64,000 nt of DNA, taken from the IMG/VR virus record IMGVR_UViG_3300044956_001223; one strand, written 5' to 3'. The position numbers and the translations under genes were made by a program. The notes below the pieces were generated by a model. The model was not told the DNA's origin. It searched no databases and saw only the letters and a program-made list of their open reading frames with translations. This document shows positions 38,001 through 45,566 of the stretch, piece after piece (positions within the stretch are counted from its first letter, which is position 1; the number at the start of each line of letters is the position of its first letter). This DNA is from an uncultured virus (IMG/VR IMGVR_UViG_3300044956_001223) (taxonomy: Duplodnaviria; Heunggongvirae; Uroviricota; Caudoviricetes).

Positions 38001-38850
38001 AAATGAAATAGGTGATACACTTGCTGTAGGTGCAGATGGTTTACATGTCAATTCAATGCAAGATGTTGGCGCGGCTTATGTTTTTACTGGATATTCTAAT
38101 AGTTGGTCACAAGTGCTTATTATTACCGGAGACACATTGGGATATGGTGTTCCATCTGATGGTAGATTTGGCAATAAAATTATATTAAATAAATATGGAA
38201 ACGAATTATTTGTAGGAGCTTTTGGAGGAATTATTAATGGAATTAATAATGCAGGATATGTTAATTATATAGATTTAAAAGAACGTCTATTTTTAGAATC
38301 ATTAATTTCAGGAGAATTAGGAAATAATTTTAGAATTATTTCTCAAGGTTCAAATGAAGTGCCATTTTTAGAAAATGAATTTTTTAAAGGCGGAGAAGAT
38401 TTTAATGTAAAATTAACTCCATTACAAGGAATTATATTTACAGGAAATTTAAATAGCGGAATGTTTGTTACAGGATATTTTGAAAATCTTATTACAGGTG
38501 CAATTGAAAAAGAAATTACGGGTTTATTAGGATATAGACCTTTTACTGGATTATGGGACTTATATGAATTAACGGACGTTTCATTTATTAATATTAAAAA
38601 TACAGGTTATTTTGAAGAAACTGGTATTTTTACAAATTATACTGGATTTTCAAAAAATTTAACGAACGTTAAAAGATTTGCAGTAAGTTATACAAACCAA
38701 CCAGATTTTGAAAGTACAGATGTAGCATTATTAAATATAAATTTAAATGGTGGTTTGTCCGGATTTAGTTATAATATAATATTAACAGGTGATACGGAAT
38801 TAAATATACCAATAATTCCGCCTACCGGAAATGATTTTGAAATAAATTAA
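35047..38850 (+). CDS. Large tail adhesin with a 7-blade RCC1/BLIP-II propeller and a 7-blade FG-GAP propeller
   Basis: Seven AG..H / G(W/F/L)G.N units and seven NP..D.FG...GA...GA.YIF units. Confidence 0.8.
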   Translation: MPYTTGSYKYARLLMSGFLSSPLPKSVLSNPDFKNGMVLKNNKYMKAYNINLFADYVFQTDILNFKSATDIFNSSYSGITFSSETGIIKIIDDIFIDQSGIYSISGVQTGIFQSEIINIISAGDEHSLYVDPFYGRYFGLGNTGAGRIGPQNISNVIQVAAGTEHTLILLKNKKLTGFGNNADGRVSGITGNLTSGYGWDISPVGKLTGVTKISTKNSFSLALLGDNGVTGWGNNSTGQISPFENKVLYLSGIKDIQAGSSHGLILFNNGTLTGWGNSGTGNWIGDWKYLTGVKEIGAGNDHNVALLENGVVTGWGNNIYNQSLGGNNLTGVKKISAGRDFNLALLNDNTITGWGDNTFNQCLGGTNLANVSGVYAGGNYGIAILNNGIITGWGNNIYNQYLIYNPRIPPNGIIYDFTYYKKSGAIRMVGGDYNVGPPIGYREQTYTGIYTGIITFNDYFYNPEKQTLFFIQDVFYRVEGPQIFTTNLTTLNDKSNNQQLPSLSTLLVDLADLSGYQTSTITTTVYGFIKNYPLKRLQISGFAYLTGTVSGIGTGIINFNQLVSGFPAIAYSNQVSGYKNATGLLNFQNSELGDFIILNNDFTGSNVSFIYQTGQDFFAPGFFKDAKDLNNIINSGSNDYGIKSTYLPNFSFSLKTLITGDNKLGNPENDLFGRAIHYNDFTNTLFIGAASDINSVANAGAVYIFSGYRNNWKQIAVLTGDTFGLSNPNADRFGYSISSNFSGNILAIGAINAETNSVSSAGAVYIFTGGGSSWSQTARLTGDTLGFGNPDGDNFGHSISLNFDGNVLAVGAQLADSNTLSNVGAAYIFTGIQNSWNQIARLTGQRTIPIVPTSDQVGFSVALNSKGDTLIAGAPMADPFGISNVGVAFIFTGYSGNWNQSALITGNTSGSPSNDRFGYSISLSAKGNTLAIGAYSADTNGVSNAGAVYIFTGSGSSWSQTARLTGDTLGLGNPTNHFFGISTSLNEIGDTLAVGADGLHVNSMQDVGAAYVFTGYSNSWSQVLIITGDTLGYGVPSDGRFGNKIILNKYGNELFVGAFGGIINGINNAGYVNYIDLKERLFLESLISGELGNNFRIISQGSNEVPFLENEFFKGGEDFNVKLTPLQGIIFTGNLNSGMFVTGYFENLITGAIEKEITGLLGYRPFTGLWDLYELTDVSFINIKNTGYFEETGIFTNYTGFSKNLTNVKRFAVSYTNQPDFESTDVALLNINLNGGLSGFSYNIILTGDTELNIPIIPPTGNDFEIN

Positions 38851-38851
38851 T

Positions 38852-39562
38852 ATGATCTCCTTAAGAAAATCACTAAGTGTTGGAACACCTGGATCTTTAG
38901 CGGCCCCTTTTAATACAGAAATAACTACAAATAAAAAAGGAGAAATGGTGGCGATTATAGATAAACAGTCAGTTATATATAAATCTTTTAATTTAAAAGA
39001 TATTATGATTGCTAAAGAATATTTAGACAAAGAAACAGAAAGCTTAATTACTAAAGAAGAAAAAAATACAGATCGACATGTTATTAAAAAATTAGGAGAA
39101 GAACTTCCGATTTTTCCAAATTCTGTAATTTACATAGAATTAGAAATAGAAGTCAATTTAATGATTAAAAGCGCGGAAATAAAAGTCGGTCCTGAATCAG
39201 CTAAAAATAATCCACAAAGTTCTGACCCACCCTGGAAATCATATCCAGAAATAATTGGATTTGACCCTCCTTTGGAATATGACAGTGATGGATCAATAAA
39301 AGATAGCTCATTGCCTCGTAGACAAAAATATGCTTATATACCAATTTCTTATTTTTCTCCAAATTTAGAATTAAAAGGAAAAAATGTTAGTTTCTCAAAT
39401 AAAACCGAGCCTGTATCGCAAATTTTAGTTCAAATTTTAAAGGACAATATAATTATGCAAATATTTAATTATGATGGTTATCCAGTTACGTATGGAATTC
39501 CATTTTTTGGTGGAACTTATTTATATTTTCCTCCTGGTTGGAAACCGCCAGAAACTCAATAA
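38852..39562 (+). CDS. Hypothetical (probably virion) protein
   Basis: 236-aa ORF co-oriented in the structural block. Confidence 0.55.
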   Translation: MISLRKSLSVGTPGSLAAPFNTEITTNKKGEMVAIIDKQSVIYKSFNLKDIMIAKEYLDKETESLITKEEKNTDRHVIKKLGEELPIFPNSVIYIELEIEVNLMIKSAEIKVGPESAKNNPQSSDPPWKSYPEIIGFDPPLEYDSDGSIKDSSLPRRQKYAYIPISYFSPNLELKGKNVSFSNKTEPVSQILVQILKDNIIMQIFNYDGYPVTYGIPFFGGTYLYFPPGWKPPETQ

Positions 39563-39572
39563 TATATTTATT

Positions 39573-41120
39573 ATGAAAGACATAAAAGACTATCCAAAAA
39601 TTTTGCAAAGATCTTCAAACCGCTCGGTAAGATTTGGAAATATACCAATAAATCCAGATTTGTATGCGACAAGTCCAGTAGGAAAAAAATATTTACAAGT
39701 AATTAATGAAGCGTTTGATCCTATTCCATATGATGTATATTCTTTTACAAGATTATTCTGGCAAGCTTCTCAACTAAAACTTCAATTCATAGGCTATAAA
39801 AGATCTCCATATAACCAATTTGGAGACATTGCAGACGAAAAAGATGGAAATTTCAAAATTAAAGTTGAACCCATTCAAGAAAAAGATCTAGAAGAAAGAA
39901 AAATACCCATTCAGCGAATCGCTTTAGGTATAGCCGGAGAAGGTTTGGGGAAAACAGCCAGTAAAAATACAATTCAATATTCCCAAAGATATTCAAGAAG
40001 TTTTAGAATACAAAAAAAAGGTTATTTAAATCAAAATTTTAAAACCTCTATCGTTCTTGGTAAACGAGTTCTTCTACCAGAATTTGAAGTAGACGAGAAA
40101 GATAAAAATGAAGAAAAAGTAACGGCAAAATCTTTAAAATTTACCAATTACATAAATCAAATAGAATTTGATAAGATTCAAACAGATTTAGGAAACGCAG
40201 AATTTACTCATCCAAATCATTTAATGGCCGGTGGACCATTAATAACTAACATGTTATCTTTAGCGAGTTCAAAAACTAATAATAGTTTTTTATCATTAAA
40301 TTTAAACAGATCGAAAGAAATTAAAGAAAAAACTAAAGAAAATTATAAAAGTAAAGTTGAAAAAACTTTAAAAGATGAAGAAGCAGAATTTAAAAATAGA
40401 AAAGGTATAGATAAAAAAATAAAAGATAAACAAGGAAAAAATCGAAAAGAATTTTTAGATAATTTAGAAAAAAATATACAAAGTTATGGTCGTGGTATTT
40501 TTATAGATTGTAGTGCTTATCTTTTTCGACCCAATATTGTTTATAATAAAGAAAAAAATAAAATAATGGCAGATCGAGAAGATTATAAAGCTAAAGAAAA
40601 GGGAATTTTAGCGGAATATATTAAAAAAAGATTCGTAAATACAGTTTATTATCCTTTTGTATTCATTTATGTAGCTGGAATTTTAGATGAAAGATTAAAC
40701 CCAATTGGGCAAGGGGCCACAAATTATGGAAAAGGAACAAAGATCGGAGAAGTTTTAATACCGTGGAAAGAGGAGTTAAGTCTTTTGGAACAATCACAAT
40801 CAAAAAAAGATGAAAATAATTCTTCTCCAGGTTTCGAAGAAGATATAGAATATGGATTTTCTATGTATCCAGTAGATCTTAAAGAAGAATTCTTTGTGCC
40901 TCCGACACTACAATTTGAACTTTTTCGACCGCCAGCAAATCTTTTAGAAGCGATTACAGCTAAACCAAACAATATTGAAATGAAATTCCCTCAAACTTTA
41001 AAAATTTCTCCAGTTATAGATGAAGAAAAAAAAGAAGCTATTATACCTGGTGGCGCCGCAGAACTCTTTTTTTCAGAAAAAGATGTTCCAAAAACACAAA
41101 ATAAAAATAAAATAATTTAA
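39573..41120 (+). CDS. Hypothetical protein
   Basis: Start placed at ATG 39573 (MKDIKD); last + strand gene. Confidence 0.55.
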   Translation: MKDIKDYPKILQRSSNRSVRFGNIPINPDLYATSPVGKKYLQVINEAFDPIPYDVYSFTRLFWQASQLKLQFIGYKRSPYNQFGDIADEKDGNFKIKVEPIQEKDLEERKIPIQRIALGIAGEGLGKTASKNTIQYSQRYSRSFRIQKKGYLNQNFKTSIVLGKRVLLPEFEVDEKDKNEEKVTAKSLKFTNYINQIEFDKIQTDLGNAEFTHPNHLMAGGPLITNMLSLASSKTNNSFLSLNLNRSKEIKEKTKENYKSKVEKTLKDEEAEFKNRKGIDKKIKDKQGKNRKEFLDNLEKNIQSYGRGIFIDCSAYLFRPNIVYNKEKNKIMADREDYKAKEKGILAEYIKKRFVNTVYYPFVFIYVAGILDERLNPIGQGATNYGKGTKIGEVLIPWKEELSLLEQSQSKKDENNSSPGFEEDIEYGFSMYPVDLKEEFFVPPTLQFELFRPPANLLEAITAKPNNIEMKFPQTLKISPVIDEEKKEAIIPGGAAELFFSEKDVPKTQNKNKII

Positions 41121-41121
41121 T

Positions 41122-41892
41122 TTATTTTTTAATTCTTTCTATTAATTCAAATATTTTTGATTTTGGTATATCTAAAATATTTTTGATAGACTCAGCATTA
41201 TCAAATTTTTCTTTAACTAATTTTGACTTAAGGTGTTCAAAAGAAATATTTTTTTCTTTCATTATTTTATCTAAAAGAGCATGAGGAGAAGTTGGATTAT
41301 CTTGTTGTGGGAATTCATCTATTAATTTAGCATCTCCTAACTCTTCTTGAGATACAATATTAATTTTCAAAAAATTACGTACACATCTTACGAAGGCTCT
41401 ATTTTCTGCTATTGCGGCCAAAAAGAATTTTGCAAAACTTTTAGTATTATGAGATGATGCGTCCGCCAAGGCTTCAAACGTAACTTTTTGATTTTGAGTT
41501 TCATAGTTGGGCGTCCAGACAATTTTACAACTTGTAGCAAAATAAGAATCCGTTGCTGATACAACATTATAACTTACATCTGTATAGCCTCTAATTTGAG
41601 CTAGTTCTTTAATTCCTCCTAGTAATATCAAAAGATCTTTATCTTCTAGTTTTGATACATCAGTTTCTTGGGTTTTTTGTCTATTAGGCACAAGATATTG
41701 AGTTTTAACCATCGCTCTCCAATTTATTGAGCCATCCTCATTAAATATATATTTAATACTTTCATCCTCTAATAGACCATATGAATTTCTTTTTATATTT
41801 TTTGGAGGGCAATTCAAACAAGGAATTTCTTCTTTTTCATTTGCAAAAAATGAAATATTTGGTGATATTACAGTAGATTTTGTTTCGCTCAT
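41122..41892 (-). CDS. Putative single-strand annealing protein (Rad52/Sak/RecT-like fold)
   Basis: LLGGIKELA...AIAENRAFVRCVRNFLKI..V..EEL resembles the A.AE.RA..RA.R helix of SSAPs. Confidence 0.45.
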   Translation of the reverse strand: MSETKSTVISPNISFFANEKEEIPCLNCPPKNIKRNSYGLLEDESIKYIFNEDGSINWRAMVKTQYLVPNRQKTQETDVSKLEDKDLLILLGGIKELAQIRGYTDVSYNVVSATDSYFATSCKIVWTPNYETQNQKVTFEALADASSHNTKSFAKFFLAAIAENRAFVRCVRNFLKINIVSQEELGDAKLIDEFPQQDNPTSPHALLDKIMKEKNISFEHLKSKLVKEKFDNAESIKNILDIPKSKIFELIERIKK

Positions 41893-41900
41893 TATTAATG

Positions 41901-41929
41901 ATAATAAATGATATTTAAATATTAGTCAA
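41901..41929 (-). promoter_or_regulatory. Sigma70-type promoter
   Basis: TTGACT-17 nt-TATTAT; ATG 41892 lies 8 nt after the -10. Confidence 0.65.
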
Positions 41930-43070
41930 GTCTAAATAAATAATAAGTATCTAGATCTTCCCAAAATAAAGAGTCATCAACCACTTTATTATTATTGATT
42001 TGATTTGTCCATTGATATTTAGATATAAATTGTCCTTTTCCTGATAATAAAATTTTGCTTGATTTATAATAAAGATTATTAATATTTTTAATATCTATAG
42101 AGTTTTTAGTTTGTCTCTTTTTTTCTATAATAAGTCCATAATCCATGTAATCTATTTTATATTCATTTAATTCTTCTGCTTCCATATAGGATATCATACC
42201 AAATTGAATTCCTTTGTTTTTTAAATTTTTAATAAATTTAAAATCATTATTTTTATCTATTATATATATCACTTGTAATATATTATTTTTAAAAGCACTT
42301 AATAAGTCTAGGCTTATTGGTTTATCGGTAATAATAATGCATTGTTTGTGTTGTAGCCAAAACGCTAAAATTTCTTCATTAAAATGGTAATCCATTCTTA
42401 CGATAATATTTGGTATTGGAATTTGATTTGGATCGATTGGTTGATCTGGTATAATTTCTAAAGTTTTATTTTGATAATTTTCTCCGAAATATATACTTTC
42501 TGGTAATTTTTCATTTTTTATATTCAAAAGATTTAGAACGGCTTTAGATATTATTTCTGGTTTTATCGTATTAATGGTTTTTGGATGTTCATCAAAACTA
42601 TAGGTTGGTTTATTTCCTTTTCTATCTGCCTCTATTAAAATATGTTTTGTTTTATTTCCCCAATATGGGCCCATATTATTCGAATTTGTATTTGAATATA
42701 TAGAAACTATATTCTTATCATAAAAAGATGCTAGGTGAACCGGAAAACTATCTACTCCTAAATGCAATAAAGAATTTTTCATTACATATGCAAGTTGATT
42801 AAATGTCGTATGTCCTAATAAAGAAAAAACTCCATTTAAAGGTTTATCCTCATTGGTTCCAATTTGGACTATTTTTATATTTTCTTTTGATAATATTGGC
42901 TCTAATATATCAACTACTTCTTGCCAATATAGATATTGCCTTGATGGATATTTTACTTCTTTATGTATTGTAATAAATTTTCCAATAGTCAAAGGAAAAT
43001 ATTTTTCATATATAAATGGTTTAGATATTTGAAGCCCAGAATTTGCAGCATATGTTTCTATTAATTTCAT
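41922..43070 (-). CDS. Glycosyltransferase, GT9 (heptosyltransferase-like) C-terminal half plus an extra domain
   Basis: KIVQIG...TTFNQLAYVMKNSLLHLGVDSFPVHLAS matches the GT9 DS...HLA motif. Confidence 0.7.
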   Translation of the reverse strand: MKLIETYAANSGLQISKPFIYEKYFPLTIGKFITIHKEVKYPSRQYLYWQEVVDILEPILSKENIKIVQIGTNEDKPLNGVFSLLGHTTFNQLAYVMKNSLLHLGVDSFPVHLASFYDKNIVSIYSNTNSNNMGPYWGNKTKHILIEADRKGNKPTYSFDEHPKTINTIKPEIISKAVLNLLNIKNEKLPESIYFGENYQNKTLEIIPDQPIDPNQIPIPNIIVRMDYHFNEEILAFWLQHKQCIIITDKPISLDLLSAFKNNILQVIYIIDKNNDFKFIKNLKNKGIQFGMISYMEAEELNEYKIDYMDYGLIIEKKRQTKNSIDIKNINNLYYKSSKILLSGKGQFISKYQWTNQINNNKVVDDSLFWEDLDTYYLFRLD

Positions 43071-44986
43071 TTTTTTTCCAGATTAAATGCAATTCTATCT
43101 TTACCATTATGTATATAAGTTAATATTCTTTGAGTATTTACAAATGGAATAAAAGCTATATCAAAATATCCTTTATGATTACCGAATCCTTCTAGCCATA
43201 AAAGTTGATCCATTTGAGGAATATAAGGGATTACTTTATGAATATAAGGATTTCCTTCTAATATAGGAAAAAATTGATTTTTTGTAGCAACATATAAATT
43301 ATATTCCGAATAAGTTTCTTTTAAACTTTCGAATAAGGAAGTTACCATAAAAACATCCCCAGCGCTTTCGGGCATAACATATAATATTCTTTTGCCTTCA
43401 TCATGCTTATCTAAAATGTCTTCAAATGATTGTTGTTTATTTTTTTCATTCTCTTTTAAGGCCACTTCTCTGAAATATCTCTCTACGTCTTCTCTTTTAG
43501 CTCCTTTTCTAAGTTGCTCCATCCAATGTTTGTGTCCATCATCATTTTCATCAACTTCCTGTAGTTTTAAAATTTTATGATATAATTGAGAAATCCATGC
43601 AGAATCTTCTTTAAGATTTTCTATTTGAATATAAGGATCTTTTTGTTCCTCTTTATTTAAATCAAAATCATAATTTATTTCTGGCGCATTATCTATAAAA
43701 TCTTCAATAAATTTTCCAATCGTTTCAACTGAAAAATTTTCTATCGTCCATTCTCTAGCTTTCCTGCCCATTTCTCTTCTCTTGAATGGAGTCATATTAT
43801 ATACTTTATTAAATTGTTTAGCTATTGAATTGGGTTTAGTGGAAGCTTTAATAAATTCTGTTCCATGCTCTCTATATTCGCTCCATTCTAATGGTAAACT
43901 ATAAGCTTCTTCTTTGCACATTTCTTCTCCGCAAGAATAATTAGTAACTAGCGTAATTAGTTCAGTTAATTTCGCCTCTTGTATAGGAATTTCTTGTCCA
44001 CCGCTTGTAAAAGGATGACAATATAAATCCATAAGATTGTATACTTCATTTAATTGATCTTCTGTAACTCCTAACCCTACATTAGTTGTAATCTGTCCTT
44101 TTTTTTCTCCGCATATTGGGCAATCTAAGTCTTGACCTTGAAAAGGTTTAACTTCATAATTTAAACATTTTTTGCATACATAAGTAGTTAGAATTTCATT
44201 TTTAGGAATATTATATTCTTCGGCTAATTTATAAATATTCCAACCTTCGCTCCAATGCGTATGCAAAAGTAGAAAAGTATTTTTAATACTTGGATTAGAT
44301 CTTTTCCAAAGGGCATATCCTTCTAGTAAATTTGGAACGCTTTTTCTAAGTTGGTTTCTAAATACAAATCCTATTATAAATGCATCTAGTGGAATTTTAA
44401 ATTTTTTTCTAAGATTCTGTCTTTCCGATTCTTCTAAACGATAGAAATTTTTAGTTTCAAGTGGACCATGAACAGTTTTTACATTTGAATACCCCATATT
44501 ATTTAAAGCTTTCGTGGCGAAATCACTCCATATCCAATAATTTTTTGCTTTTTTTGCGGCTTCTACCGCTGAAGGCAATATTGGAAGTGAATCTAATGTA
44601 GTCCATAAAACTGAATTTATTTTATTAAACCATTTTTTTGGTATAGCAAAATCTATTCCCCAAATGTCTTGGACAGCAATATAAACATCTGGTTTTTCTT
44701 CAGATATAACTTTATCAAGATAATAACCTCCATATCCTGCTAATCTACCTAAATGTGGATCTTTGTTTAATTGCTCTATTTCTTGAGGATTGTCTGGTAA
44801 AGACCCAATTGATTTCCAAGGAGTTTTTTTAAGCTCTGGATGAGAATATTGTAATCCACAAGCATAATTTACGACTTCATATTTACCAGTTTTATGTAAA
44901 TACGCAAGTATAGCCCTACAAGATCTACCGAATCCAGTTTTAGCTAAACTAAAGTCAGATTGATATAAAATCTTTTTCTTTTTCAT
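43067..44986 (-). CDS. Multidomain glycosyltransferase: GT4 with Zn-ribbon insert, DUF4214-like domain and GT9 N-terminal domain
   Basis: TGFGR, RNQLRKS, YNLMDLYCHPFTSGGQEIPIQEA (GT4); CKKC...CPIC; LYHKIL...DDGHKHWMEQL..G..RE.V; SAGDVFM...LKE.Y...NPYIHKV. Confidence 0.75.
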   Translation of the reverse strand: MKKKKILYQSDFSLAKTGFGRSCRAILAYLHKTGKYEVVNYACGLQYSHPELKKTPWKSIGSLPDNPQEIEQLNKDPHLGRLAGYGGYYLDKVISEEKPDVYIAVQDIWGIDFAIPKKWFNKINSVLWTTLDSLPILPSAVEAAKKAKNYWIWSDFATKALNNMGYSNVKTVHGPLETKNFYRLEESERQNLRKKFKIPLDAFIIGFVFRNQLRKSVPNLLEGYALWKRSNPSIKNTFLLLHTHWSEGWNIYKLAEEYNIPKNEILTTYVCKKCLNYEVKPFQGQDLDCPICGEKKGQITTNVGLGVTEDQLNEVYNLMDLYCHPFTSGGQEIPIQEAKLTELITLVTNYSCGEEMCKEEAYSLPLEWSEYREHGTEFIKASTKPNSIAKQFNKVYNMTPFKRREMGRKAREWTIENFSVETIGKFIEDFIDNAPEINYDFDLNKEEQKDPYIQIENLKEDSAWISQLYHKILKLQEVDENDDGHKHWMEQLRKGAKREDVERYFREVALKENEKNKQQSFEDILDKHDEGKRILYVMPESAGDVFMVTSLFESLKETYSEYNLYVATKNQFFPILEGNPYIHKVIPYIPQMDQLLWLEGFGNHKGYFDIAFIPFVNTQRILTYIHNGKDRIAFNLEKK

Positions 44987-44988
44987 TA

Positions 44989-45528
44989 CTACCAAAGATC
45001 TGCATCTTCGGTTTCTGTAGCTACATTTTTATTCTCTTTATTTGAATTTTTTAATTTTTTAATCATTTCTACTCTTTGAGAATCAAATACAGAAGTTAAT
45101 GCATAACCTAAAAATTCTTTTAAAAGCCTTGCTTCATTAAAATAAAAACCTATAAGGTATGCTTGTTTATTTTCGCTGTTCTGCTTATCTTCTTTAGATA
45201 CCATATATGAATATCCCACTTGTTTCGCGTCTTTAATATAAGGCGCCAGTTTAATTCTTGTTACCTGTTTGTCTGATGTATGATATGCAGAGAATTCAGA
45301 ATTTCTTTCTAAGGCATCTAAAATGCCAGCTGCTTCTGTTAAAGAAAATTTAATTTTAACACTTTTACTTGGATTATTTTGATTTTCAGAAAAAGATCCT
45401 ATTTTCTTAGATTCATTCCAAGAGCTTTGTTTAATTAAAGAACTCCAAATTGATTCGTCTTTAGGATTAACTGAAAAACTACAAGCTGTTCCAGTATTTT
45501 TACTATTAGGTTTATAAAATGATATCAT
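44989..45528 (-). CDS. Putative ssDNA-binding protein, Whirly/PC4-like fold
   Basis: FYK....ACSF ... KFSLTEAAGIL ... FSAYH ... F...EA..L..FL pattern; acidic C-terminal tail (ETEDADLW); next to the polymerase gene. Confidence 0.45.
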   Translation of the reverse strand: MISFYKPNSKNTGTACSFSVNPKDESIWSSLIKQSSWNESKKIGSFSENQNNPSKSVKIKFSLTEAAGILDALERNSEFSAYHTSDKQVTRIKLAPYIKDAKQVGYSYMVSKEDKQNSENKQAYLIGFYFNEARLLKEFLGYALTSVFDSQRVEMIKKLKNSNKENKNVATETEDADLW

Positions 45529-45537
45529 ATATATTGA

Positions 45538-45566
45538 ATATTATTATATATTTAATGTTATGTCAA
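45538..45566 (-). promoter_or_regulatory. Sigma70-type promoter
   Basis: TTGACA-17 nt-TAATAT; ATG 45528 lies 9 nt downstream. Confidence 0.55.

Noticed and set aside
41118..41124. Terminator at the convergence of the two halves
   Set aside because: The stop codons are 1 nt apart and no GC-rich hairpin is visible
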